Sequence record: NC_054909.1
Direction: 5' to 3' (one strand)
DNA: 64,000 nt
Origin: Escherichia phage EC121
A program made the position numbers and the translations under genes. This document shows positions 48,345-58,579 of the stretch, piece by piece. How positions within the stretch are numbered: the first letter of the stretch is position 1; the number at the start of each line of letters is the position of its first letter. The notes under the pieces were generated by a model. It made no database searches. It saw only the letters and a program-made list of their open reading frames with translations, and was not told the DNA's origin.

Positions 48345-48757
48345 TATTTTCCAGCCTCAAATGCCCGCATGTCTTGAATATGCTTAATAGCAAATCCACG
48401 TGATTTAATAGCATCAAGAGCTCCGCTACAGAAATCTAATAAAATCCCCCAATACTGTAACGAGGTATCAACCTTTAAAACATCCTTATCAGCTGATAGA
48501 ACTGTTTTCATTTCTGATTTCTCATAACGATCCATACTAAATTCATCACCATCTCCTCGTCCCGAGTAGTAGTCTAATTTAGCTTTAAGAGCAACTTTTT
48601 TCTGTGCTTCAATTCTAAGCATTTCCTTTTTAATACTTGAATGCTTATTAAGCCATTTACTATATAACATCACATTATTAGCTGCTTCATACTGTAATTT
48701 AGTCGAATCTATAAACACATCTTTCTTCAATTCTTCTTGAAGATCTTCTAATCTCAT
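48344..48757 (-). CDS. uvsY: UvsY, recombination mediator
   Basis: 137 aa, MRLEDLQEELKKDVFIDSTKLQYEAANNV... Confidence 0.95.
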   Translation of the reverse strand: MRLEDLQEELKKDVFIDSTKLQYEAANNVMLYSKWLNKHSSIKKEMLRIEAQKKVALKAKLDYYSGRGDGDEFSMDRYEKSEMKTVLSADKDVLKVDTSLQYWGILLDFCSGALDAIKSRGFAIKHIQDMRAFEAGK

Positions 48758-48823
48758 ATTGTTCTCTATTCAATTGTTATTGGATGGACTTAGATTCATT
48801 ATACCACGTTTTAACGTGAAGCA

Positions 48824-49222
48824 TTATACTCTATTACTGGAAGCCAGTTGCAGTTTTATCTGCTCAATATCATCAGGGTTATCAATGACCGAAAAGCGTA
48901 TTTCTACTATCAGAGTATAATCATCATAAACTGGTATTACATTAACTGCTAATTTATCAATACGCGGCTCGTAGTTTCTTACTGCGCTTTCAATGTTACG
49001 CTCAACAGTATCAGCAGTAAGAGGAGTCATATTCTCAAAAAGCTGATCAGATAAATCACATCCAAATTCCGGGTCAAATGGTCTCGACCCTTTTCTGGTT
49101 GTAATAATTCCCAAAAGGCTATTTTTAATTGACCTTAATCCAAGAGATCTAGAAACATCTTTGTCCCAATCCATTTTCATTTCTGGGTCAATGTCAGAAT
49201 AAAGCTTATTAATATTTGCCAT
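48824..49222 (-). CDS. 25: gp25, baseplate wedge subunit (lysozyme-like fold)
   Basis: 132 aa, synteny. Confidence 0.9.
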   Translation of the reverse strand: MANINKLYSDIDPEMKMDWDKDVSRSLGLRSIKNSLLGIITTRKGSRPFDPEFGCDLSDQLFENMTPLTADTVERNIESAVRNYEPRIDKLAVNVIPVYDDYTLIVEIRFSVIDNPDDIEQIKLQLASSNRV

Positions 49223-49848
49223 TACAATAGCTCAAAGAATTCTTTGAGTCCTCTTATTACATGAGCGTGAGATTTTCCACACTCTGGACACTTAATTGGA
49301 ACAGCCAAATACACAGTAGGCTTTAAAAGCATATCTTTTATAGCTACAATATCTGACTCTGTGATGATAGAATATAAATCTTCCAACTCTTTTTCATTTA
49401 AGTCTTCAATTGGAATGCTTTCACCGTTAGCATGAATCGTTTCTATACATGATACTATCATGTGGGCTATATTTTTATCATCAAAAATTTTAGGGTAATG
49501 GAACTTAATTTTAATGTCACCCAGTGTATACCAGAGGTCTTCTGGTGCATCTATTTGTGTATGTAATAGATTTATATGGGTTGGTATTTCAGTTCCGCAG
49601 GTGCACTTCCAGGAGTTTTCGTGATTAACTTCGCCGAGAGAATGTGCCCATAAATGAATCAACAATAGTTCTGATTCTTGGCGGTTTAAATCTTTTGCAT
49701 TTGTGCAGTCTTTGATTAGCTTTTTAACAATTACTTCTACGGAACCATTATTTTTGGCAGTAATAAGTTCTAGATATTCTTTAAGCGTGAATGCGCGACA
49801 ATTGATTATTTTAGAACCAACTCTCACATCAAATTTGTATTCATACAT
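49222..49848 (-). CDS. 26: gp26, baseplate hub subunit
   Basis: 208 aa, synteny. Confidence 0.9.
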   Translation of the reverse strand: MYEYKFDVRVGSKIINCRAFTLKEYLELITAKNNGSVEVIVKKLIKDCTNAKDLNRQESELLLIHLWAHSLGEVNHENSWKCTCGTEIPTHINLLHTQIDAPEDLWYTLGDIKIKFHYPKIFDDKNIAHMIVSCIETIHANGESIPIEDLNEKELEDLYSIITESDIVAIKDMLLKPTVYLAVPIKCPECGKSHAHVIRGLKEFFELL

Positions 49849-49870
49849 ATTTTAGCTCCTTTATTTATCA

Positions 49871-49882
49871 TATTTATAAATA
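49871..49882. promoter_or_regulatory. Overlapping divergent late promoters in the 26/51 intergenic region
   Basis: tatttata 49871..49878 (minus-strand TATAAATA for gene 26) overlapping TATAAATA 49875..49882 (gene 51). Confidence 0.6.
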
Positions 49883-49899
49883 GAATAAAAGGAGCATCT

Positions 49900-50649
49900 A
49901 TGGCAAACATTATTCGTTGTAAATTACCAGATGGTGTTCATCGTTTTAAACCATTTACGGTAGAAGATTATCGAGATTTTTTGTTAGTTCGAAACGATAT
50001 AGAACATCGGTCACCACAAGAACAAAAAGAAATAATTACTGATTTAATTGATGATTATTTTGGAGACTATCCGAAGACTTGGCAACCATTTATATTTTTG
50101 CAGGTATTTGTAGGGTCAATAGGTAAAACTAAAGTACCGGTCACATTTGTATGTCCAAAATGTAAAAAAGAAAAGACAGTTCCATTTGAAATATATCAAA
50201 AAGAATTAAAGGAACCTATTTTTGATGTAGCTAATGTTAAAATTAAATTAAAGTTTCCTTCTGAGTTTTATGAAAATAAAGCAAAGATGATTACTGAAAA
50301 TATTCATTCTGTTCAAGTAGATGAAATATGGTATGATTGGAAGGAAATTAACGAGTCCAGTCAAATAGAACTAGTTGACGCCATCGAGATAGAAACATTA
50401 GAAAAAATTCTCAATGCAATGAATCCTATTAATTTAACTCTACATATGTCATGCTGTAATAAGTACATTAAAAAATACACTGATATAGTAGACGTGTTTA
50501 AGCTATTAGTTAACCCAGATGAGATATTTACTTTTTATCAAATTAATCACACACTCGTAAAAAGTAATTATAGCTTAAATTCAATAATGAAAATGATTCC
50601 TGCTGAGCGCGGATTCGTATTAAAACTGATTGAGAAGGATAAACAATAA
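49900..50649 (+). CDS. 51: gp51, baseplate hub assembly catalyst
   Basis: 249 aa, synteny. Confidence 0.9.
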   Translation: MANIIRCKLPDGVHRFKPFTVEDYRDFLLVRNDIEHRSPQEQKEIITDLIDDYFGDYPKTWQPFIFLQVFVGSIGKTKVPVTFVCPKCKKEKTVPFEIYQKELKEPIFDVANVKIKLKFPSEFYENKAKMITENIHSVQVDEIWYDWKEINESSQIELVDAIEIETLEKILNAMNPINLTLHMSCCNKYIKKYTDIVDVFKLLVNPDEIFTFYQINHTLVKSNYSLNSIMKMIPAERGFVLKLIEKDKQ

Positions 50650-51824
50650 TGAGTATGCTGCAACGCCCAGGATATCCAAATCTCAGCGTTAAATTATTTG
50701 ATAGCTACGACGCTTGGAGTAATAATAGATTTGTTGAATTAGCTGCTACTATTACCACATTAACTATGCGGGATTCTCTTTATGGCCGAAATGAAGGAAT
50801 GCTGCAGTTTTATGATTCTAAAAATATCCATACAAAAATGGATGGAAATGAAATAATTCAGATTTCTGTAGCTAATGCAAACGATATTAATAATGTTAAA
50901 ACACGAATTTATGGATGTAAGCATTTTTCTGTATCTGTAGATTCAAAGGGTGATAACATCATTGCTATTGAATTGGGAACTATTCATTCCATAGAAAATC
51001 TTAAATTTGGCAGACCGTTTTTCTCTGATGCAGGTGAATCTATAAAGGAAATGCTTGGCGTCATTTATCAGGATCGCACGTTATTAACTCCAGCAATAAA
51101 TGCTATAAATGCTTATGTTCCTGATATTCCATGGACTAGCACATTTGAAAACTATTTGTCGTATGTCAGAGAAGTTGCTCTAGCTGTAGGAAGTGACAAA
51201 TTTGTATTTGTGTGGCAAGACATCATGGGAGTTAACATGATGGACTATGATATGATGATAAATCAAGAACCGTATCCAATGATTGTCGGTGAGCCATCTT
51301 TAATAGGTCAATTCATCCAAGAATTAAAATATCCATTAGCATATGATTTCGTTTGGTTGACTAAATCGAATCCTCACAAACGCGACCCAATGAAAAATGC
51401 TACTATTTATGCTCATTCATTTTTAGATTCTTCATTGCCAATGATTACTACAGGAAAGGGCGAAAACTCTATTGTAGTGTCAAGGTCAGGTGCTTATTCT
51501 GAAATGACTTATAGGAATGGCTATGAAGAAGCTATTCGTCTTCAAACTATGGCGCAATATGACGGCTATGCTAAATGTTCTACTGTCGGTAATTTTAACT
51601 TGACTCCTGGCGTTAAAATTATTTTTAATGATAGTAAAAACCAATTTAAAACAGAATTTTACGTTGATGAAGTTATCCATGAATTATCCAATAATAATTC
51701 AGTAACTCATCTATATATGTTCACTAATGCAACGAAACTGGAAACAATAGACCCAGTTAAGGTTAAAAATGAATTTAAATCTGATACTACCACTGAAGAA
51801 AGTAGTTCTTCCAATAAGCAATAA
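50649..51824 (+). CDS. 27: gp27, baseplate hub subunit
   Basis: 391 aa, synteny. Confidence 0.95.
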   Translation: MSMLQRPGYPNLSVKLFDSYDAWSNNRFVELAATITTLTMRDSLYGRNEGMLQFYDSKNIHTKMDGNEIIQISVANANDINNVKTRIYGCKHFSVSVDSKGDNIIAIELGTIHSIENLKFGRPFFSDAGESIKEMLGVIYQDRTLLTPAINAINAYVPDIPWTSTFENYLSYVREVALAVGSDKFVFVWQDIMGVNMMDYDMMINQEPYPMIVGEPSLIGQFIQELKYPLAYDFVWLTKSNPHKRDPMKNATIYAHSFLDSSLPMITTGKGENSIVVSRSGAYSEMTYRNGYEEAIRLQTMAQYDGYAKCSTVGNFNLTPGVKIIFNDSKNQFKTEFYVDEVIHELSNNNSVTHLYMFTNATKLETIDPVKVKNEFKSDTTTEESSSSNKQ

Positions 51825-52302
51825 AGAAGTTTCTATTCCTAAAATGGGTCTTAAACATTATAACATTTTGAAAGATGTTAAAGGTCCTGATGAAAATTTA
51901 AAACTTCTTATTGATTCTATTTGTCCGAATTTATCACCAGCAGAAGTTGATTTCGTTTCCATTCATTTATTGGAATTTAATGGAAAGATTAAATCTCGTA
52001 AAGAAATAGATGGTTATACTTATGACATTAATGATGTTTATGTATGCCAAAGATTAGAATTTCAATACCAAGGAAATACATTTTATTTTAGACCTCCTGG
52101 AAAATTTGAACAATTTTTAACGGTGAGCGATATGTTATCCAAATGCTTGCTTAAGGTCAATGATGAAGTTAAAGAAATTAATTTTCTTGAGATGCCAGCA
52201 TTCGTTTTAAAATGGGCAAATGATATTTTTACAACTTTAGCAATTCCTGGCCCTAATGGTCCAATAACCGGAATTGGCAATATTATTGGATTATTTGAAT
52301 GA
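51769..52302 (+). CDS. 28: gp28, baseplate hub distal subunit
   Basis: 177 aa, overlaps the 3' end of gene 27. Confidence 0.85.
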   Translation: MNLNLILPLKKVVLPISNKEVSIPKMGLKHYNILKDVKGPDENLKLLIDSICPNLSPAEVDFVSIHLLEFNGKIKSRKEIDGYTYDINDVYVCQRLEFQYQGNTFYFRPPGKFEQFLTVSDMLSKCLLKVNDEVKEINFLEMPAFVLKWANDIFTTLAIPGPNGPITGIGNIIGLFE

Positions 52303-54071
52303 AAAAGCCACAAGAAATGCAAACGATGCGTAGAAAAGTTATTTCAGATAATAAACCAACACAGGAAGCGGCTAAATCCGCTTCTAACACTTTATCTGGA
52401 CTTAACGATATATCTACGAAATTGGATGATGCTCAAGCTGCTTCTGAATTAATTGCTCAAACTGTTGAAGAAAAATCGAATGAAATAATTGGAGCAATTG
52501 ACAATGTAGAAAGCGCAGTGAGTGATACTACTGCTGGTTCTGAGTTAATTGCTGAAACTGTAGAAATTGGCAACAATATTAATAAAGAAATCGGTGAATC
52601 ACTCGGAAGTAAATTAGATAAATTAACAAGTTTACTAGAGCAAAAAATCCAGACAGCTGGAATTCAACAGACTGGAACTAGTTTAGCTACGGTTGAAAGC
52701 GCTATTCCTGTTAAAGTTGTTGAGGACGATACAGCTGAATCTGTGGGTCCTTTATTACCGGCTCCTGAAGCAGTTAATAATGATCCTGATGCTGATTTTT
52801 TCCCTACCCCTCAGCCAGTTGAACCTAAACAAGAATCGCCAGAAGAAAAACAGAAAAAAGACGCATTTAACTTAAAATTATCTCAAGCTTTAGATAAATT
52901 AACAAAGACTGTTGATTTCGGATTTAAGAAATCTATTTCAATTACTGATAAAATATCAAGCATGCTATTTAAGTATACCGTCAGTGCTGCTATTGAAGCT
53001 GCTAAAATGACAGCAATGATATTGGCTGTTGTTGTCGGAATAGACCTGTTGATGGTTCATTTCAAATATTGGTCAGATAAATTTTCACAGGCTTGGGATT
53101 TGTTTAGTTCAAACTTTACTAAATTCTCTAGTGAAACAGGAACATGGGGTCCTTTATTACAGAGCATCTTTAGTTCTATTGATGAAATTAAAAAATTCTG
53201 GGAAGAGGGAGATTGGGGCGGTTTGACGGTAGCTATTGTAGAAGGGCTTGGAAAGGTTCTTTATAATTTAGGAGAACTTATTCAGCTTGGAATGGCTAAA
53301 TTATCTGCTGCAATTCTTCGAGTCATTCCTGGCATGAAGGATACCGCTGATGAAGTAGAAGGAAGAGCACTAGAAAATTTCCAAAATTCTACTGGAGCAT
53401 CTCTCAATAAAGAAGACCAGGAAAAAGTTGCAAATTATCAAGATAAACGAATGAACGGAGACCTTGGTCCGATAGCAAAAGGATTAGATAAAATTGCTAA
53501 TTGGAAAACTCGTGCATCTAACTGGATTCGTGGCGTTGATAATAAAGAAGCATTGACAACCGATGAAGAACGCGCAGCAGAAGAAGAAAAATTAAAGCAG
53601 CTTTCACCAGAAGAAAGAAAAAATGCTTTAATGAAGGCTAATGAAGCTCGGGCCGCGATGATTCGTTTTGAAAAATATGCTGATTCAGCTGATATGAGTA
53701 AAGACTCAACGGTTAAATCAGTTGAAGCTGCCTATGAAGACCTTAAAAAACGGATGGATGACCCGGATTTAAATAATTCACCGGCAGTTAAAAAAGAACT
53801 TGCTGCTAGATTTTCTAAAATTGATGCTACTTATCAAGAGCTCAAGAAAAATCAGCCTAATGCCAAACCTGAAACTTCTGCTAAATCGCCAGAAGCAAAA
53901 CAAGTCCAGGTAATAGAAAAGAACAAAGCACAGCAAGCTCCTGTTCAACAAGCATCTCCTTCGATCAATAATACTAATAATGTTGTTAAGAAAAATACTG
54001 TCGTTCATAATATGACACCCGTAACGAGCACGACTGCTCCTGGTGTATTTGATGCGACCGGAGTTAATTAA
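52299..54071 (+). CDS. 29: gp29, baseplate hub subunit / tail length determinant
   Basis: 590 aa, synteny. Confidence 0.95.
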   Translation: MKKPQEMQTMRRKVISDNKPTQEAAKSASNTLSGLNDISTKLDDAQAASELIAQTVEEKSNEIIGAIDNVESAVSDTTAGSELIAETVEIGNNINKEIGESLGSKLDKLTSLLEQKIQTAGIQQTGTSLATVESAIPVKVVEDDTAESVGPLLPAPEAVNNDPDADFFPTPQPVEPKQESPEEKQKKDAFNLKLSQALDKLTKTVDFGFKKSISITDKISSMLFKYTVSAAIEAAKMTAMILAVVVGIDLLMVHFKYWSDKFSQAWDLFSSNFTKFSSETGTWGPLLQSIFSSIDEIKKFWEEGDWGGLTVAIVEGLGKVLYNLGELIQLGMAKLSAAILRVIPGMKDTADEVEGRALENFQNSTGASLNKEDQEKVANYQDKRMNGDLGPIAKGLDKIANWKTRASNWIRGVDNKEALTTDEERAAEEEKLKQLSPEERKNALMKANEARAAMIRFEKYADSADMSKDSTVKSVEAAYEDLKKRMDDPDLNNSPAVKKELAARFSKIDATYQELKKNQPNAKPETSAKSPEAKQVQVIEKNKAQQAPVQQASPSINNTNNVVKKNTVVHNMTPVTSTTAPGVFDATGVN

Positions 54072-54079
54072 GGAATAAT

Positions 54080-55174
54080 ATGGCAATTGTTAAAGAAATA
54101 ACTGCTGATTTAATTAAAAAGTCCGGTGAGAAAATTTCAGCCGGACAGAGTACTAAATCAGAAGTAGCAACTAAAACATACACTGCCCAGTTTCCAACTG
54201 GGCGTGCTAGTGGTAATGACACTACAGGGGACTTCCAGGTAACAGATCTATATAAGAATGGATTATTATTTACTGCATACAATATGTCATCTAGGGATTC
54301 TGGAAGTCTTAGATCGATGAGATCTAACTACTCTTCTTCATCTTCGAGTATTTTAAGTACAGCTAGAAACACTATTAGTAGTACAGTATCAAAACTATCA
54401 AATGGATTAATATCAAATAATAATTCAGGAACAATAAGTAAAGCTCCTGTCGCAAACATTCTTTTACCGAGATCTAAATCTGACGTTGATACATCATCAC
54501 ATAGATTTAATGATGTTCAAGAAAGTCTTATTAGCAGAGGCGGAGGTACTGCTACTGGTGTGTTAAGTAATATTGCTTCAACTGCAGTATTTGGGGCACT
54601 GGAAAGTATAACACAAGGTATAATGGCTGATAATAATGAACAGATTTATACGACAGCTAGAAGTATGTATGGCGGTGCTGAGAATAGAACTAAAGTGTTT
54701 ACATGGGATTTGACGCCACGTTCAACAGAAGATTTAATGGCTATTATTAATATCTATCAATATTTTAACTATTTTTCTTATGGTGAAACGGGTAAATCTC
54801 AATATGCTGCTGAAATAAAGGGGTATTTAGATGATTGGTATCGTTCTACGTTAATTGAACCTTTATCTCCGGAAGACGCAGCTAAAAATAAAACACTATT
54901 TGAGAAAATGACATCGAGTTTAACTAACGTTCTAGTAGTTTCAAACCCGACAATTTGGATGGTGAAAAACTTTGGTGCAACATCTAAGTTTGATGGAAAA
55001 ACGGAAATATTTGGCCCATGCCAAATACAGAGCATCAGATTTGATAAAACGCCTAATGGTAACTTTAACGGATTAGCTATTGCTCCAAACCTCCCTAGTA
55101 CATTTACTCTTGAGATTACTATGAGAGAAATTATCACGTTAAACCGTGCTTCTTTATATGCGGGGACTTTTTAA
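54080..55174 (+). CDS. 48: gp48, baseplate tail-tube cap
   Basis: 364 aa, synteny. Confidence 0.9.
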   Translation: MAIVKEITADLIKKSGEKISAGQSTKSEVATKTYTAQFPTGRASGNDTTGDFQVTDLYKNGLLFTAYNMSSRDSGSLRSMRSNYSSSSSSILSTARNTISSTVSKLSNGLISNNNSGTISKAPVANILLPRSKSDVDTSSHRFNDVQESLISRGGGTATGVLSNIASTAVFGALESITQGIMADNNEQIYTTARSMYGGAENRTKVFTWDLTPRSTEDLMAIINIYQYFNYFSYGETGKSQYAAEIKGYLDDWYRSTLIEPLSPEDAAKNKTLFEKMTSSLTNVLVVSNPTIWMVKNFGATSKFDGKTEIFGPCQIQSIRFDKTPNGNFNGLAIAPNLPSTFTLEITMREIITLNRASLYAGTF

Positions 55175-56139
55175 TGTATTCTTTAGAGGAATTTAATAAT
55201 CAAGCAATAAACGCAGATTTCCAACGTAATAATATGTTTAGCTGCGTTTTTGCGACAACTCCATCAACTAAAAGCTCTTCGTTGATAAGTTCAATTAGCA
55301 ACTTTTCTTATAATAACTTGGGTCTAAATTCAGATTGGTTAGGATTGACTCAAGGCGATATTAATCAGGGAATTACCACGCTAATTACCGCTGGCACACA
55401 AAAACTGATAAGAAAATCAGGGGTTAGTAAATATCTTATTGGTGCCATGAGTCAACGTACAGTTCAAAGTTTATTGGGCTCATTTACAGTTGGTACATAT
55501 TTAATTGACTTCTTTAACATGGCATATAACTCATCTGGATTGATGATATATTCTGTAAAAATGCCAGAGAATAGATTATCCTATGAAACTGACTGGAACT
55601 ATAATTCTCCTAATATTCGTATAACTGGGAGAGAATTAGACCCTTTGGTTATTTCATTTAGGATGGATTCAGAAGCTTGTAACTATCGTGCGATGCAAGA
55701 CTGGGTTAACGCTGTTCAAGACCCAGTAACTGGATTGCGTGCTTTGCCACAAGATGTCGAGGCAGATATTCAGGTTAATCTTCATGCTCGTAATGGATTA
55801 CCTCATACTGCGGTGATGTTCACTGGATGCATTCCAATGTCAGTGAGCGCTCCTGAGCTATCATATGATGGAGATAACCAAATAACTACATTTGATGTTA
55901 CTTTTGCGTATAGAGTCATGCAGGCTGGGTCGGTTGATAGACAAGCTGCGCTTGAGTGGCTTGAATCTGCTGCTATAAACGGTATTCAAAGCGTTCTCGG
56001 AAATAGTGGAGGTGTTACTGGATTATCTAATTCGCTTTCACGACTTAGTAGATTAGGAGGAACTGCTGGAAGCATTTCAAACATTAATACTATGACGGGA
56101 ATTGTCAACTCGCAAAGTAAAATATTAGGAGCAATATAA
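55174..56139 (+). CDS. 54: gp54, baseplate tail-tube initiator
   Basis: 321 aa, TAATG overlap with gene 48. Confidence 0.9.
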   Translation: MYSLEEFNNQAINADFQRNNMFSCVFATTPSTKSSSLISSISNFSYNNLGLNSDWLGLTQGDINQGITTLITAGTQKLIRKSGVSKYLIGAMSQRTVQSLLGSFTVGTYLIDFFNMAYNSSGLMIYSVKMPENRLSYETDWNYNSPNIRITGRELDPLVISFRMDSEACNYRAMQDWVNAVQDPVTGLRALPQDVEADIQVNLHARNGLPHTAVMFTGCIPMSVSAPELSYDGDNQITTFDVTFAYRVMQAGSVDRQAALEWLESAAINGIQSVLGNSGGVTGLSNSLSRLSRLGGTAGSISNINTMTGIVNSQSKILGAI

Positions 56140-56143
56140 CAAT

Positions 56144-56165
56144 GGGGACCGAAAGGTCCCCATAT
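56144..56165. terminator. Bidirectional terminator between gene 54 and the convergent minus-strand ORFs
   Basis: GGGGACC-GAAA-GGTCCCC hairpin. Confidence 0.6.
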
Positions 56166-56167
56166 TT

Positions 56168-56458
56168 TTATTTACGGAATGAAATGAAAGCAGCAACTGA
56201 AGCAACTAAACTGTCTTCAATATAAACTTCAATTTTTACCGGAGCTTCTGACTCAAATTTACCTGTTACTACACCTTGGAAAATGCTTTCAGTCTGTTCT
56301 GGCTTTGAAAAATTTTCAGAAGGAAAAATTCCGAACTTTTTATCTGTTCCAAAAATTTTGATAAATTCATCATAAACTGCTTCATTAAAAGCGTTATCAG
56401 CAGGAATAACGCCTTCAACTACAAGTTCTTGACCTAAAAAGCGTAAAGAAGATTTCAT
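56168..56458 (-). CDS. Hypothetical protein
   Basis: 96-aa ORF, ATG at 56458, SD GAGGAA; own early promoter. Confidence 0.6.
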   Translation of the reverse strand: MKSSLRFLGQELVVEGVIPADNAFNEAVYDEFIKIFGTDKKFGIFPSENFSKPEQTESIFQGVVTGKFESEAPVKIEVYIEDSLVASVAAFISFRK

Positions 56459-56489
56459 TTTGTGTTCCTCATGTTATGTCAGTAAGACT

Positions 56490-56519
56490 ACTATAACACA
56501 ACACGAGGGACTTGTAAAC
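56490..56519 (-). promoter_or_regulatory. T4-type early promoter (GTTTAC-N18-TATAGT)
   Basis: rc: GTTTACAAGTCCCTCGTGTTGTGTTATAGT. Confidence 0.45.
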
Positions 56520-58576
56520 TACATTTTGAACTTTTTAGACATTCCGTTGATGTTAACCAAAGAAGCTAAGATTTGAGAAACTTCGTTTTCCTCTTCTTTT
56601 GATTCTTCTACAAGGAATTGATTAAATCCAGCCATTGGACGAACTTCACCAGTTTCCATTAGATGGTCGCCATCATATACTGATTCTTCTAATTGTTCAG
56701 AAGGAGGAACGATTGTGCCTTCAATTAGATACTTGTTATAAGCAGTTTCTTTCATCATGTACGTGCTTACTTTATTAATCTTCAACAAAATTCCACGCGG
56801 TAGAATAACTTCAGCTTCTGATGGAAATCCTGATAAATGACCTGGAACGATAACTTTAATTCGCTCAGCTCCTTTTATTACCATACCCACGCTAGTTTCA
56901 GCATCTTCATTAGCATATGCGGAATGACTACCCATATGCATTAAATCTTCGGCATCAACAGAACCTTCTCCTTCACCAGAAAATACTGCGCCGGAATCAT
57001 CTAGAGCCATATAGTTTTTACCATGCTCACCGAAGATATTTGGTTTAAGCGATGTTGATACGAAGTTCTTGAAATAGAACATTTTATTTTCAATATTATG
57101 GCGTAAAGTTTTAAAAGTAACTTCTTGTCCACGATAAAGCGTAGTTCCCGGAGGAAGAACTGATCCTTTGGCGAATGCAGAATCCAACGTCTCGATGTGT
57201 TTAATAGCTCGTTCCATGTATTCTTCACGGGTAGAATCTGGTTTACCCAAGAGGAACGAGTTCATTTCAACATATGAATCTGCACAATAATCTTCAATTA
57301 CATCAGACTCAGCCTGAGTCAGTCCTTTTGGAGTTACTTCGGTGCTTGCGTATTCATATGCCTGAGCAGCAGATTCATTAATCAATTTATAAATGCCATT
57401 CATGACAAATTGAATAATAGCTACCTTTTCGTCTGGTGTGGCTTTAGAACCTTTAACTAAATCATTGATAATTTTCTTAATAACATCAAAGCTATTAGAA
57501 ATATTAATGTCAGCGAGATCGCTCAAAATTTTATCGGTTTTATAATCAAAAAATTCTTTATTCTTTAAATATTCTTGAGAACCTTGATGTGTTATATCGC
57601 TCTGCAGTCTGATAGACGGATCACGTAAACGTGCATGGGCCAATGCAATATGATTTCGGAAGCTTTCTAGTTCATAATCGTTAGATTTAAAACGAGAAGC
57701 ACTTCTCATACCACCGATAGCTCCTTTGCCGAAGTTTGAACCAATCTGAATAACGCCAGAGTTCATTGGTCCTTCTGCTTTATATACAGGAACTTTAGAT
57801 TCAAACTCTTGATATTTCTTGGCAGCGAAGCTATCACCCTGAAGTGAAGCATCGACAGTAGAATATTGAGCTTGCGCTGCTAATCGACGACTAATTTTAG
57901 TTTTCTGAATAACAGCTTGATCCGTGCGCTTATCATTTTCTAAAGCAATAGAAGCAGCAACAGCAACAGCTTTAGGAACAGCATTACCTGTTTTAACATC
58001 TACATAAACATCACCAACCTTTGATTCAACTTTTGTGAATAACTCAGTTGAAATAGGAGGTACGCCTGGAATGTCTTCTAAATTGGCATTTTTACGGTAA
58101 ACCATAATATATGCATACTTTTTATCATAATCCCAGATTTCCTTTAAAAGAACATATCGACCTGCTCCTTTAGTACGTACTAAACGATCAGCAATAACTT
58201 GCATTTGACGAGCTGCGCCATTTGTTTTACTTTTTAGTACGCGGAATAGGCATGCGTCAATTTTATACTGTTTCATTGTTTGAAGAGCAGTATCAAAAAC
58301 CGCATTAATGACACCAATTGGATTTCCACCCAAGTTTTTAAGTTTAACTAATGATAGTTTCTCATTAACACCTATCATTACGATATGCATCATTTTATCG
58401 CCTGGCTTAACGTTTTTATTTGTATCACCACCAGAGGTGTATGTACAAAATCTAAATCCAGGAAGCACACTTTCTTCGCCGGCTTGAATAGCAAAAATTT
58501 GAGGTATTTTATGCTTAGGATTTAAGTTAACAACCGGCGCCGAAGCGCCGTCAAATAATTCTGTAATAAGTTCCAT
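56519..58576 (-). CDS. Alt-family ADP-ribosyltransferase, second paralogue
   Basis: 685 aa; N-terminal 60 aa and C-terminal ART motifs (YRGQ, FVSTSL, EAEVILPRG) shared with the upstream alt; central region diverged; ATG 3 nt after the alt stop. Confidence 0.85.
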   Translation of the reverse strand: MELITELFDGASAPVVNLNPKHKIPQIFAIQAGEESVLPGFRFCTYTSGGDTNKNVKPGDKMMHIVMIGVNEKLSLVKLKNLGGNPIGVINAVFDTALQTMKQYKIDACLFRVLKSKTNGAARQMQVIADRLVRTKGAGRYVLLKEIWDYDKKYAYIMVYRKNANLEDIPGVPPISTELFTKVESKVGDVYVDVKTGNAVPKAVAVAASIALENDKRTDQAVIQKTKISRRLAAQAQYSTVDASLQGDSFAAKKYQEFESKVPVYKAEGPMNSGVIQIGSNFGKGAIGGMRSASRFKSNDYELESFRNHIALAHARLRDPSIRLQSDITHQGSQEYLKNKEFFDYKTDKILSDLADINISNSFDVIKKIINDLVKGSKATPDEKVAIIQFVMNGIYKLINESAAQAYEYASTEVTPKGLTQAESDVIEDYCADSYVEMNSFLLGKPDSTREEYMERAIKHIETLDSAFAKGSVLPPGTTLYRGQEVTFKTLRHNIENKMFYFKNFVSTSLKPNIFGEHGKNYMALDDSGAVFSGEGEGSVDAEDLMHMGSHSAYANEDAETSVGMVIKGAERIKVIVPGHLSGFPSEAEVILPRGILLKINKVSTYMMKETAYNKYLIEGTIVPPSEQLEESVYDGDHLMETGEVRPMAGFNQFLVEESKEEENEVSQILASLVNINGMSKKFKM

Positions 58577-58579
58577 GAT